Shown here in pieces: positions 1-9,556 of a stretch of DNA of 64,000 nucleotides. The translations under genes were made by a program, and so were the position numbers. How positions within the stretch are numbered: position 1 is the first letter of the stretch; every line of letters begins with the position of its first letter. Origin of the DNA: Candidatus Spechtbacteria bacterium RIFCSPHIGHO2_02_FULL_43_15b (GTDB taxonomy: Bacteria; Patescibacteriota; Minisyncoccia; Spechtbacterales; HO2-43-30); the NCBI GenBank assembly GCA_001819985.1, contig MHOE01000025.1, positions 5,738-69,737 of the forward strand, in the 5' to 3' direction. Under the pieces are notes generated by a model that saw only the letters and a program-made list of their open reading frames with translations, did not search any database and was not told where the DNA came from.

Positions 1-25
1 GACTTCAAATTCGAAGCGAAAAATG

Positions 26-1000
26 TTAATCCGCTATCATTTTCTTAAACTCTTCGACCATCGGAACCTGCTCTGGTTCGAGACCGTAATTATCCGCCGT
101 GTAGTACGCCGCCCAATCCGCCAAAACTAAAGAGGAAAAAATTTTCTCCATTTTTGAATCACCCTTAAGGTCCAGAGCCGTTACCGCCAAACCTCTGTCC
201 GAATAAAGCTTTTCCGCAATTTCCATTCTCTTTGATATTTTAGTATGGTCGCTTTCGTCTTTCAGAAATATGAAATGAAAATTCCTGGAAAGTTCCTCTG
301 TATTTTTTTTTACATCAAACCCAGTCATCTCATTGTGGTTTAACTCCGGAAAAACATTCGCAAACGCGGGTATCTTGCCCGTCTCATTGAATTTTATTTT
401 CCAGTTAAAAGCTACTGACCGGTTCGTTGCTGATGAATAAATAACGGGTATTTTGCCGCGTAAAAGCTTTGCGAGATTTTTCCCCTCCCCCTCTAAAGAC
501 GCGGGGTCTAACTTATTTGAAAGAAACTTCGATTCATCTAAAAGTTTGTTTTGCCGCATTACTTTAAGCATAGCCCTTATGCTAAATCCGAGCGCTGATC
601 TTGGCTGGATTCCCGTATCCGGCATTCGAACATAAGGTATTGCGTTTATTGACGCGAGTTCGGCCAATTTGCCATTTACGGAAATAGCCGCAACCGCAAA
701 TTTTCTTTCAAGCGCTTCCGCCAAAACGCTTAGCGTCTCTTCAGTATTTCCGGAATATGAACTTAAGATAATCAGAGCGCTGTTTAACATGTTTTCCGGA
801 AATGACGACAAGTCATAATCGCTATGAATAACTATATTTATAGCCGGATTCAATGTTTGTATGATATCCGCCGCCCAATGAGAACCGCCCATTCCGGCAA
901 CTAAAAAAATGTCCTTATTCTTAAGGTTTTCTTTATTTTCAATTTCCGGCTCAAAATCGAATTGCTTGTTAAAATTCAAAACTGCGTTTCGCATGCTCAT
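26..1000 (-). CDS. Bifunctional phosphoglucose/phosphomannose isomerase-like SIS-domain protein
   Basis: 324 aa. An SIS-type sugar isomerase signature (GMGGSHWAAD... SYSGNTEET) and the length match the archaeal-type PGI/PMI family. Confidence 0.55.
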   Translation of the reverse strand: MSMRNAVLNFNKQFDFEPEIENKENLKNKDIFLVAGMGGSHWAADIIQTLNPAINIVIHSDYDLSSFPENMLNSALIILSSYSGNTEETLSVLAEALERKFAVAAISVNGKLAELASINAIPYVRMPDTGIQPRSALGFSIRAMLKVMRQNKLLDESKFLSNKLDPASLEGEGKNLAKLLRGKIPVIYSSATNRSVAFNWKIKFNETGKIPAFANVFPELNHNEMTGFDVKKNTEELSRNFHFIFLKDESDHTKISKRMEIAEKLYSDRGLAVTALDLKGDSKMEKIFSSLVLADWAAYYTADNYGLEPEQVPMVEEFKKMIAD

Positions 1001-1017
1001 GGCGTTTGTGTGTTTAA

Positions 1018-1293
1018 CTATAATATTACATCAAATCCATTATATCCCTTAATTTCTCCTTCTTCCACATCCACTCGCTCCACTTTAGCGGATTTAGGGG
1101 GTCTCCTCAACCTTTCGATAAATTCCTCTAAATCAGGTCTTTCTCCCTCTGATTCCATATAAACGGAACCGTCAATTTCGTTTTTTACAAATCCTTTTAC
1201 GCTCAGTTCCTCCGCTTCATTCTTTGCGTATGATCGGAAAAATACTCCCTGAACCTTGCCGTATATCTTGATGTTTAGATGTGTAATAATCAC
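1018..1293 (-). CDS. acyP: Acylphosphatase
   Basis: 91 aa with the VQGVFFR motif and a GxVxN...DG core typical of acylphosphatases. Confidence 0.8.
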   Translation of the reverse strand: MIITHLNIKIYGKVQGVFFRSYAKNEAEELSVKGFVKNEIDGSVYMESEGERPDLEEFIERLRRPPKSAKVERVDVEEGEIKGYNGFDVIL

Positions 1294-3086
1294 TATTTCG
1301 TGTCCCCTGTTTTCTTTATCCCAATTAAATATTTTTCAGGCCAATTTCTGTAATAACTTTTGAACTCTTGGATTTCTTCCTTGCCATCGGAATAGATAAT
1401 CTTGTATAAAGCCGCGGCTACTCCTCCCGGATGCGCGCTGTCTATTTTCTTGGTTTGTCCTTCAGGAAGCGTGTCTGTTTCGATATAAATAGGGTCGCCG
1501 GGCGGAGTGCTTGAAAGAGTTCTAGGACCCTCTATTTCAGATCTCCTTCCGTCGCTTGTCCCGTACAACTCAAATGTCACCCTGTCGCCTTCCACATAGC
1601 CCTGTATTAAAATATGCGAACTCGTATCGTTTTTGAATTTGAAATCGGGATTGGTTGAATAAATGGTAGCATCAAGACCGGGACCTATGTAATTGCCCAT
1701 GCCGTCGTATTCATAGTACGGAACGCGATACGAGTGGTTCCTCCGTTCCGTAACTGGCAAACCCGAATTCAAAACAGCCCTGAATAAAGTAGAGGACACC
1801 TGGCAAAGGCCGCCGCCAAATTCAGGTATTGTCGAGTCGCCCTTTATAACAAGTTCCGGTAAGTACCCCGTAGTGTTATCGATTTCCCCCAATGCTCCGA
1901 CTGTCGAGAATTCCTCGCCGGGAGCAACTAAAAGCCCGCTTAAAAATTTTGTTCCGTTTTGGATATTCCAAATTCTGTTTGCCGGACTTCCCGTGAAAGG
2001 TGTCGTTGCTTTTCCTATTAGTTCAAATATTCCAAGGGACACGGCGGATTCATTCCCGGACGCGCGCTTCACGATAACCGGCAAAAACACATCCCTTACT
2101 ACTTCTTCCGTGTCAATCCGGGCAAGCAATGAGTCCATTATTAACTCCACCGTTTCATCTTGGGCGAGATATTTCCCCTGCCTTGGGGGCGTAAATTCAA
2201 TCGCTTTCCCGTCCTTTATTTCGAGCAACGCGTCTTGAGGCACCGTGTCGATTTTGGATGCCATAGAAACCACATATTCCGATATCAATCTTCTGTCGAG
2301 ACTCGGCACAAGTTCATAATCTATGTAATCTGAAACTATCCATGATCCGATCTTTTCCCTTTCCATGTCGAAACGCATTCCGCCGTACAGCAACGCCAGC
2401 CTTTCGGCCATTATTTTTTCGGCTTTTCTCTTGTATAGGTCTATTTTATCGGCGTTTACAACCGGAGGATCTACTTTCATAACAACCTCCACGGCAGAGG
2501 TGTCAAGAGTATTAAGATGGCTAAGTATCCCATACTCCGCCTTCTCGAAATCCACCATTTTTCCGATTTTTTTGTCTGTAAGTATTTGCACGCGAGTTCC
2601 GTTTATTTTGTATCTTATATCCTTTTTTGCCACATTAAACCTTTCTCCTAATATTTCGAGTTCTGAATCCAATTTATTTTGGTTAATTTTTGCGCTTATT
2701 CCTATTGTTCGCGACGAAAAAGGAGCTTTTATTCTATCCTGCAATTGCCAGTACCACGGGCCGGATCTTCCTATTGAAAATGCCTCTCCAACCAGCTTGC
2801 TTACATCAACCTCAAAATCAATATTTTTGGGATACACTATCCCCGGCTCGCCCTCGATATTTACAGTCAGTCCTTCTTCTTCCAAATTCTCGATCTTCTC
2901 GCCAAGCTTAAATCGCAGTTCTTCGGCTGTCATACCGCTTGCCTTTATTGGCCCCACGACAATATTCGGCAAAATTTTTTTTGAATAAACAAAATTATAC
3001 ACGGAAAAAACCGCGCTCATTATAAGCAAAACTGCCAGTATTCCTTTTATCCACGATATGGGGAAAATCCTAAATCCCAAGAGCAT
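1293..3086 (-). CDS. VanW family protein with N-terminal membrane anchor
   Basis: 597 aa. An N-terminal TM helix and a C-terminal VanW-like region (GGGLCQVSSTLFRAVLNSGLP...) are present. The start overlaps the acyP stop. Confidence 0.65.
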   Translation of the reverse strand: MLLGFRIFPISWIKGILAVLLIMSAVFSVYNFVYSKKILPNIVVGPIKASGMTAEELRFKLGEKIENLEEEGLTVNIEGEPGIVYPKNIDFEVDVSKLVGEAFSIGRSGPWYWQLQDRIKAPFSSRTIGISAKINQNKLDSELEILGERFNVAKKDIRYKINGTRVQILTDKKIGKMVDFEKAEYGILSHLNTLDTSAVEVVMKVDPPVVNADKIDLYKRKAEKIMAERLALLYGGMRFDMEREKIGSWIVSDYIDYELVPSLDRRLISEYVVSMASKIDTVPQDALLEIKDGKAIEFTPPRQGKYLAQDETVELIMDSLLARIDTEEVVRDVFLPVIVKRASGNESAVSLGIFELIGKATTPFTGSPANRIWNIQNGTKFLSGLLVAPGEEFSTVGALGEIDNTTGYLPELVIKGDSTIPEFGGGLCQVSSTLFRAVLNSGLPVTERRNHSYRVPYYEYDGMGNYIGPGLDATIYSTNPDFKFKNDTSSHILIQGYVEGDRVTFELYGTSDGRRSEIEGPRTLSSTPPGDPIYIETDTLPEGQTKKIDSAHPGGVAAALYKIIYSDGKEEIQEFKSYYRNWPEKYLIGIKKTGDTK

Positions 3087-3774
3087 CGTCTATGATTTGT
3101 TTAACTACTTCGTATGGTTGCGCACCGTTTATTACATATTTGCTTCCGTTTTTGGATATGACAACGCTATATGGAGTTCCGTTTCCGCCGGAAGCGGTGG
3201 CATCATTTAAGTCCTTAGCCACTTCGGCGTCATATTTACCGCTGTCTAAGCACGACTGAAACGATGAAGAACTCAACCCGACAGATTGAGCTATTGAAGA
3301 CAGCTGGCTCAACTCCGGGTTTTGTCCGCTAAAAATTTTATCCGCATAAGCCCAAAAAGCATCGTTTCCTCCAAGTTCCGCGACGCATTCAGCGCCCTGC
3401 GCCTGCTTTCTTGCCTTGGGATGTATTGAATCCAAAGGAAAATGACGATACACCCAAGCAACTCTGCCATTATAGTCATCTATAACCCGCACCATAGTGG
3501 AATGAAAACTCTGGCAAAATGGGCACTGAAAATCTGAAAATTCAACAACCACGACCTCGGCTTCCAAACTGCCTCTGATATGATCGTCCGCAGATACCGG
3601 CTTTATATTATCCATCGCGTCCGTATTCTCGATGTTGTCCGCGCTATTATCAACATTACCGCCGGTAGCGCTGTTAGCATTCTTTTTCGAATCCATTGAG
3701 TTCGAAAAAATAATCGCCCCCGATACTAAAAAACCCGCTACTACAATTGCCAATGGTATTGATAGATTTTTCAT
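3070..3774 (-). CDS. DsbA/BdbD-like thiol:disulfide oxidoreductase (secreted or anchored)
   Basis: A CPFC thioredoxin-fold active site sits in an FSDFQCPFCQ context behind a signal/anchor N-terminus. A GGGAG SD lies ~13 nt upstream of the ATG. Confidence 0.75.
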   Translation of the reverse strand: MKNLSIPLAIVVAGFLVSGAIIFSNSMDSKKNANSATGGNVDNSADNIENTDAMDNIKPVSADDHIRGSLEAEVVVVEFSDFQCPFCQSFHSTMVRVIDDYNGRVAWVYRHFPLDSIHPKARKQAQGAECVAELGGNDAFWAYADKIFSGQNPELSQLSSIAQSVGLSSSSFQSCLDSGKYDAEVAKDLNDATASGGNGTPYSVVISKNGSKYVINGAQPYEVVKQIIDDALGI

Positions 3775-3792
3775 AAATTTATAAACTCCCGA

Positions 3793-3825
3793 TTTTCAAG
3801 CTACCAATGATAGCTTGAAAATCCA
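3793..3825 (-). promoter_or_regulatory. Perfect 13-bp-stem hairpin between the TrxB-like gene and dsbA (possible attenuator or processing site)
   Basis: GATTTTCAAGCTA-ccaatga-TAGCTTGAAAATC lies immediately upstream of the dsbA SD and has no U-tract. Confidence 0.4.
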
Positions 3826-3906
3826 AGAATTCTTTTCGTTATACCCCAGTAAACCAACTCGGGCAAGCTTATACTGCGCCTCGCAAAAAATTGTTGCCAT
3901 ACCGAA

Positions 3907-4833
3907 TTAACGCTTATCTCCAATTATTAAATAATTATAGATGTCCAGTGCCGCTTTTACGCCATCGCCAGCCGATATATTGTTCTGTTTGAAAGGGTCG
4001 TCTGTCACATCGCCGCCTGCCCATATACCAAGTCGTGATGTTCGTGAATTTTTGTGATCTACAATTATCTCCCCGTATTTATCTGTCTCGATTAGACCCT
4101 TTACCATTTCCGAATTGGGTATTGACCCTATTTCTATAAAAACGCCTTCGACATCGAGCTTTTTTCCCTCGCCGCTAGCCCTATCTTTGTATTTTAACTC
4201 GCGCACGAACTTATCTCCCGCAATTTCTAATGTTTCCGCGTTAAAAATAATCTCAACCTTGCCGGACTCCCTAACCTTATCCTGGGTGGCAGGATCTCCT
4301 TTTAACTTATCCGAATATTCCAGTAATTTTATTGTCTTTGCGTACGGCACTAAATCCATAGCCGCTTCGAGTCCCGCGTTACCGCCGCCGACAACTGCCA
4401 CGGCCTTATCCTTAAAAACGGGCGCATCGCAAGTCGAGCAATACGCCACTCCCTTTCCGTCGTACTCTTTTTCCCCGAGAACGCCAAGTTTTCTTCGGCT
4501 CGCTCCGGACCCCACAAAAACCGTCTTTGATTCATAATCAGTTCCGCTCTCCGTGGAAACTGTAAATCCGTTGTTCTTGCCATCAACCTTCAAAACTTTA
4601 TCGCCTGTTATTATCTCAATACCATTTTGCGCTCTTACATGCTCCTCAAGTGTTTTTGCGAATTCAAAACCCGGGATATTTTTAGTGCCTATCCAATTCT
4701 CTATACCGGCAGACACCGTGGACTGCCCTCCCCATTCATCCGTTATCAAAACCGCCTTTAGTTTTTTCCGCGCGGCATAAACCGCGCAAGCCGCCGAAGC
4801 AGGCCCTCCGCCTATTATAACCAAATCGTACAT
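3907..4833 (-). CDS. trxB: Thioredoxin-disulfide reductase-like FAD/NAD(P) flavoprotein
   Basis: N-terminal GGGPAS FAD motif, a redox CSTC dicysteine (CSTCDAPVF) and a second GGGNAG Rossmann motif, in ~308 aa. Confidence 0.7.
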   Translation of the reverse strand: MYDLVIIGGGPASAACAVYAARKKLKAVLITDEWGGQSTVSAGIENWIGTKNIPGFEFAKTLEEHVRAQNGIEIITGDKVLKVDGKNNGFTVSTESGTDYESKTVFVGSGASRRKLGVLGEKEYDGKGVAYCSTCDAPVFKDKAVAVVGGGNAGLEAAMDLVPYAKTIKLLEYSDKLKGDPATQDKVRESGKVEIIFNAETLEIAGDKFVRELKYKDRASGEGKKLDVEGVFIEIGSIPNSEMVKGLIETDKYGEIIVDHKNSRTSRLGIWAGGDVTDDPFKQNNISAGDGVKAALDIYNYLIIGDKR

Positions 4834-4837
4834 GATT

Positions 4838-4922
4838 GCAGGGTTTTAGGAGTTAAGGATTGGGAGTTTGGGTCGCAACGACTCTAACTCAAATCAAAAC
4901 CTTCAAACCTAATACCTAACCT
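4838..4922. repeat. Intergenic imperfect inverted-repeat element (family R, GGTTTTAGG...AAACCTAATACCTAACC)
   Basis: Lies between the TrxB-like and rsmI genes. Homologous to elements at 6120, 36935, 44566, 45325, 47871, 61296, 62689 and 63099. Confidence 0.5.
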
Positions 4923-5650
4923 ACTATTACCACGAATTCCCCTTTTATCTTATCATTTTCCAGCTTTTTAAGCACTTCCGCAATAGCTCCTCGATATACG
5001 GTTTCAAACTTTTTTGTCAATTCACGGCAAACTATAACTTGACATGGAGCTTCGCCCGAATTGCCGATTATTTCTTTCAACTCGTTAAGAGATTTCATTA
5101 TTCTATGCGAGGATTCGTAGAAAATCACGGGATATTTTGATCTTATAACTTCTTCAAAAAATTTCTTCCGCTTCTTTTTTACCGGCGGGAAACCCATAAA
5201 TACGAATTTGTCTATGCTAATCCCTGAAATGCTTGCCGCGGCCGCGAGCGCAGAAGGACCGGGTATTGAAATTATTTTCGCGCCATCGATGCTTTTCAAC
5301 GCCTCCGCGACCAATTGACCTCCCGGGTCGGATATTCCCGGAGTTCCCGCGTCTGTAACGAGCGCGAGATTTTTCCCTTGGCTTAATAAATCTAAAATGT
5401 ATTTAACTTTATTACCGTCTGAATGCTGGTGATACGAAATTGTCGGGGTACCTATCTCGTAACGCGCCAAAAGCTTACTTGTAACTCTCGTATCTTCGCA
5501 CAAAACAAAATCCGCCTCCTTTAATATTCGGACGGCGCGATATGTTATGTCCTCAAGATTTCCTATTGGAGTCGCGACTATGTAAAGATTTGGCATATTA
5601 AAAGTGTCCCCATTATTTGCTTTGTCTTTCAAATTGTCATTTATTAACAC
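4916..5650 (-). CDS. rsmI: 16S rRNA (cytidine1402-2'-O)-methyltransferase
   Basis: Tetrapyrrole-methylase fold with LYIVATPIGNLEDIT...CEDTR, typical of RsmI. Confidence 0.85.
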   Translation of the reverse strand: MLINDNLKDKANNGDTFNMPNLYIVATPIGNLEDITYRAVRILKEADFVLCEDTRVTSKLLARYEIGTPTISYHQHSDGNKVKYILDLLSQGKNLALVTDAGTPGISDPGGQLVAEALKSIDGAKIISIPGPSALAAAASISGISIDKFVFMGFPPVKKKRKKFFEEVIRSKYPVIFYESSHRIMKSLNELKEIIGNSGEAPCQVIVCRELTKKFETVYRGAIAEVLKKLENDKIKGEFVVIVG

Positions 5651-5668
5651 ATCAATTCTCCCTAACTT

Positions 5669-6118
5669 TTATAAAAACGCCTGCAAAAACAAACCTAGTA
5701 TGCTACCAAAAACTATGTGCATCCCTAAAGCTATGAGCCATTGAAATCTACCGATCTTGATTCCAAAAATTCCACCTTTTGCGAGCGGCATAAGAACTAC
5801 CATAAAAAATACCCACGGTAAAATTGAAAATAATATACCCTCAAGCAAACCGAAATTTGAAAAGAAAATCCCGTTTTCGACTAATTTGCCGAAAATAAAT
5901 CCCCATAAAGCTCCTGTTCCAAGATGAAGGGCTCTACCCATCACTCTTGCGATTTTTTTCGGCTCGGGCTTCCCCCAGTCAATAATTCTCCCAAGTAAAA
6001 GAGGAATATCGGGAAAATCTTTTATGTATTTTTCCGCGAACCAACGGCAAACGCTTATACCATACGCGCCTATTGCGCCTGCTATTAAATAACCTGCGAA
6101 ATCAGGAAGCCCAAACAT
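5669..6118 (-). CDS. Small integral membrane protein, function unknown
   Basis: 149 aa with 4 predicted hydrophobic helices. Confidence 0.4.
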   Translation of the reverse strand: MFGLPDFAGYLIAGAIGAYGISVCRWFAEKYIKDFPDIPLLLGRIIDWGKPEPKKIARVMGRALHLGTGALWGFIFGKLVENGIFFSNFGLLEGILFSILPWVFFMVVLMPLAKGGIFGIKIGRFQWLIALGMHIVFGSILGLFLQAFL

Positions 6119-6119
6119 A

Positions 6120-6182
6120 ATTTTGTGTTAGGTCTTAGGAATTATGGAGTAATCTATCATTACTCCTAATCACTAAACCTAA
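6120..6182. repeat. Family R intergenic inverted repeat (GTGTTAGGTCTTAGG...CCTAATCACTAAACCTAAC)
   Basis: ~25-bp arms around a central CTATC. Sits between the membrane-protein gene and the VirD4-like gene. Confidence 0.5.
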
Positions 6183-8109
6183 CTTCTTCTCCTTCTTTCA
6201 TTGTACCGGATACTCCGGAATCTTTACTTGCATCTTTTTGCTTTTCTGAAGATTTATCTGAAGAATCTTCGAAATTCTTAATATTCCCGTCTATTATATC
6301 CTTCAAGCTCTCGCGCAAATCCTCCAAATTAACTTCCTTTCTAGCTTTACGCGAAACACGAAGTTTTGCCGCACCGGATACATTTTTGTCCGGATCCTCA
6401 TTTGCCGGCAAATCGCTTGCGGTATTTTGATCTCCGGCAGAAGCTAATCTAATTTCCGTATCCGGAAAAATATTTGAGCGGAAATTTTTTACCGCGTCTT
6501 TAAGCGATATGCGGCTTTCTCCTTCGCTCGCGCTTTCAACTACATCTTCGTGGTTTAAGGATTCCGAATCATCTTCTTTGCCCGCGGAAACCGCGGGACT
6601 TATTCTGAAATCCTTGTTCCCGGAATTACCCAAAGCCGACTCCGAAATTTTTCCCGAATTTGCCGCGATAGCGCGTTCTCTCATTTTCTTTGCGAGGCAA
6701 TCCTTGCAATAAACAGGCCTCACTCCATCGGGTTCAAATGTAACTTTTGTTTTTTTGCCGCATTGTGAACATACCGTATCGAAAAGTTTTATTTCCCCTC
6801 TACTCGCCTCTGATTTCCCAGAATCGCTGTTTTCTCCGATAACACCGCTCCATCTTGATATCTTCTCCTCTATATCCTCCCGGCTTCTTCCGTATCTTTC
6901 GCTTGATATTCTTATTATTTTCTCACGATTTGATTCTTCAAGCAGAGGCAGGGGTTTCAAAGTCATCGCTGAAAACGCATGGGAAGTTATACCGTCTATC
7001 ATAAGTTTTACCGCTATATTGAATTTAGGCAAATTAACCAGATCTTCCGGCGTGAAACTTGGCATAAACTCGCTTTCCACAAATTCCGCATCAGTAGCTC
7101 CTATCCTAAATGTAACTAGGGTTCCGGCATTGCCGAAAACAGCATCCCGGACAATTTCGTCCATTTGCGTTATGTATTGATGAGCCAGTATTAAAGACAA
7201 ACGGTATTTTCGGGCCTCAGACAATATTCCCGCAAATGAAGGAGTCGCGAAAGTCTGGAACTCATCCACATAAAGAAAAAAGTCGTTCCTGTCCTGCTCG
7301 GGCGTATCTACTCTCGACATAGCCGCGATCTGAAGCTTTGTTATAAGCATTGTTCCTAAAAGAGCCGTATTGTCTTCGCCTATTTTACCTTTGGAAAGAT
7401 TTATTATCAAAATTTTTTTCTGATCCATTACATCCCGAAGATTGAAGGTGGATTTTGTTTGCCCGATTATATTTCGTATAAGCGGATTCGATATGAATTG
7501 TCCGATTTTATTTTGGATGGCTCCAGTTGATTCCTCCCTGTAGCGTTCCGGATATTTTGCGAATTCGTTTATCCAGTAGGATTTTACCGCGGGATCTTTT
7601 ACATTATCCACGACTTTCTTTCGAAAATCTTTATCGGCAAGCATTCTATTTGCCCCCATTATCGTAGAGTTCGGATATTCAAGAAGCGCAAGCAGAGCAT
7701 TATTGAGTATGTACTCCATCCGCGCAGACCACACATCAACCCATATTTTCTTGAATGCCGCCATTAATCCCGACGCTATAAAATGTCTCTGCTCAATTCC
7801 AACGGATTCCATTATGTTGAATCCGATAGGTTTGTCTATTTCCGCAGGATTAAAATAAATGACATCGTTAACTCGGCTCTTTGGAACATAATCCAAAAGT
7901 GCCTCCGCGAATTCTCCGTGGGGATCTATCAGTCCGATGCCTTTACCGCACTGGATGTCCTGAACCGCCATATTTTGGAGCATCTGGCTCTTACCCATAC
8001 CGGTTTTTCCGATAACATACATATGGCGCCTTCGATCGTCCAGTTTTATTCCAAATTTTTTTCTTTGCCCTCTTGCCGTTGTTTCGGCAAAAAAATTAAT
8101 ATCGTCCAT
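6166..8109 (-). CDS. VirD4/TraG/TraD-like type IV coupling ATPase (DUF87 + TraG-D_C) with C-terminal zinc ribbon and long acidic low-complexity tail
   Basis: Walker A GKTGMGKS, a GLIDPHGEF HerA/DUF87 block and a C-terminal coupling-protein block DEFQTF...LILAHQYITQM...FRIG. These are followed by CSQCG-x17-CKDC and a ~200-aa S/D/E/K-rich tail. Confidence 0.6.
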   Translation of the reverse strand: MDDINFFAETTARGQRKKFGIKLDDRRRHMYVIGKTGMGKSQMLQNMAVQDIQCGKGIGLIDPHGEFAEALLDYVPKSRVNDVIYFNPAEIDKPIGFNIMESVGIEQRHFIASGLMAAFKKIWVDVWSARMEYILNNALLALLEYPNSTIMGANRMLADKDFRKKVVDNVKDPAVKSYWINEFAKYPERYREESTGAIQNKIGQFISNPLIRNIIGQTKSTFNLRDVMDQKKILIINLSKGKIGEDNTALLGTMLITKLQIAAMSRVDTPEQDRNDFFLYVDEFQTFATPSFAGILSEARKYRLSLILAHQYITQMDEIVRDAVFGNAGTLVTFRIGATDAEFVESEFMPSFTPEDLVNLPKFNIAVKLMIDGITSHAFSAMTLKPLPLLEESNREKIIRISSERYGRSREDIEEKISRWSGVIGENSDSGKSEASRGEIKLFDTVCSQCGKKTKVTFEPDGVRPVYCKDCLAKKMRERAIAANSGKISESALGNSGNKDFRISPAVSAGKEDDSESLNHEDVVESASEGESRISLKDAVKNFRSNIFPDTEIRLASAGDQNTASDLPANEDPDKNVSGAAKLRVSRKARKEVNLEDLRESLKDIIDGNIKNFEDSSDKSSEKQKDASKDSGVSGTMKEGEEVRFSD

Positions 8110-8205
8110 ATAAAATTGAAAAATAAAGTTTCAAGCGAAAAAATAAAATGCTTAACCCGACTTTTGTCTGTAGGGATTTCAAATCCAGCCCCTCTATGCG
8201 CATTT

Positions 8206-9486
8206 TTATTCTATGGGCAGACCCGGAGGAGGAGAAGGCCTTTTTGACAGAACTCTTGTCATTTGAGGCGCTTTTACTGTTTGTCCGGGGAAATGAAACA
8301 GCGAAGCAAGCTCTTCAACATTAAGTAAAAACGGAGTGCTTATATTCCCGGGTAATGTGGACCTATATTTATACCAGTTGAAAAGCCGCATTTTTCTGAA
8401 ATATCCCCTCGTATTCTTAAAAGCAAAAAATGACTTCTTCGGCAATGTTTTGGAATTAGGAACTAAGCTATTGAGATTAAAAGTGTTAAAATGCCGAAAG
8501 AATCCGAAAAGTGCCGGAATATTCGCCTTATTGAAAACATCGGATCTCCCTATATACAAAAACCGCATCATTGTTTCGTACGCAAGTTTTGATGTCTTTT
8601 CCTCCACGGCTTTCACAACATCGCGCTCGCCCGGAGAAAGCATAAATTCTGGCGGAAACATTCGTTCCTGTTTTTCTTCGGTTTGACCCTGCGGCATTCC
8701 CAGCATTAAGCTAAGAAAACTGCCGAGTTCCCCTTGCATACTCTTCATTCCGCCCCCAACCATTCCTGGAGATTTTTTCATATCCCTTTTCATCAATCGC
8801 GTAATCACTTCATCCCCCTCTTTTTTCAGCTGATTCATATCCGTAGCCGGCTGTATTATTGTCTGTATCCACATATGCTCGCCACGACCCAATCCGTTCA
8901 TTACTTCCGCTATCTGCGCTATCGGATCGAGCCGGCGTTCTTCTTCTATCTCCTCGAACTCCATATATCTTCGTATGGGAAATGGGTTCTCTTTCATTAA
9001 TTTGAGGTCCGTACCCCAAAGATCCCAATATTTATTTGGTATATTCATGGGAAGCTTTTCGGTGTAGTCCTCGACTTCTTCTATTTCCGCATCCGGATAC
9101 TGCGCGTACACATTTTCTTTCACGAATTCCTTTAATTTTGTCTGCGTATAAATATAGAAATGCACCGCGCCTTCCGTCCCTACGATTTCGAGACTAAACC
9201 ACGGAAGAACTTCTCCTTTGACCCATATATCCCTAAAATTAAGTTCGTCCCATACGCCGTGCATACCCGCCAAAACATACTCCATTGCTTTTGGCGTCTT
9301 AAAAACCTCCTGTGGTAAACGCACTTCAAGTAAAGAGCACTTCAATTTGTCTATGTAGAGTTTCTGCTTCCAATAAAGATACGATTTTTTTGCGACTGAA
9401 AAGAGTATCAGCGGAGTTATTATCCACCAGCTAGCTTTTACGATAAGAAATGGAATAGAAAAGAAATCCAAGCTATGACGATACAA
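8206..9486 (-). CDS. Membrane-anchored hypothetical protein, probable partner of the coupling ATPase
   Basis: 426 aa with an N-terminal TM helix. It is co-directional, lies 96 bp upstream of the ATPase and has no recognisable motif. Confidence 0.4.
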   Translation of the reverse strand: MYRHSLDFFSIPFLIVKASWWIITPLILFSVAKKSYLYWKQKLYIDKLKCSLLEVRLPQEVFKTPKAMEYVLAGMHGVWDELNFRDIWVKGEVLPWFSLEIVGTEGAVHFYIYTQTKLKEFVKENVYAQYPDAEIEEVEDYTEKLPMNIPNKYWDLWGTDLKLMKENPFPIRRYMEFEEIEEERRLDPIAQIAEVMNGLGRGEHMWIQTIIQPATDMNQLKKEGDEVITRLMKRDMKKSPGMVGGGMKSMQGELGSFLSLMLGMPQGQTEEKQERMFPPEFMLSPGERDVVKAVEEKTSKLAYETMMRFLYIGRSDVFNKANIPALFGFFRHFNTFNLNSLVPNSKTLPKKSFFAFKNTRGYFRKMRLFNWYKYRSTLPGNISTPFLLNVEELASLFHFPGQTVKAPQMTRVLSKRPSPPPGLPIE

Positions 9487-9556
9487 TGACTATAACCACG
9501 GCTAAAAAATCCTAGAATGCCGAACAATCAGCCATTATCATTGTCATTGTTAAAAT

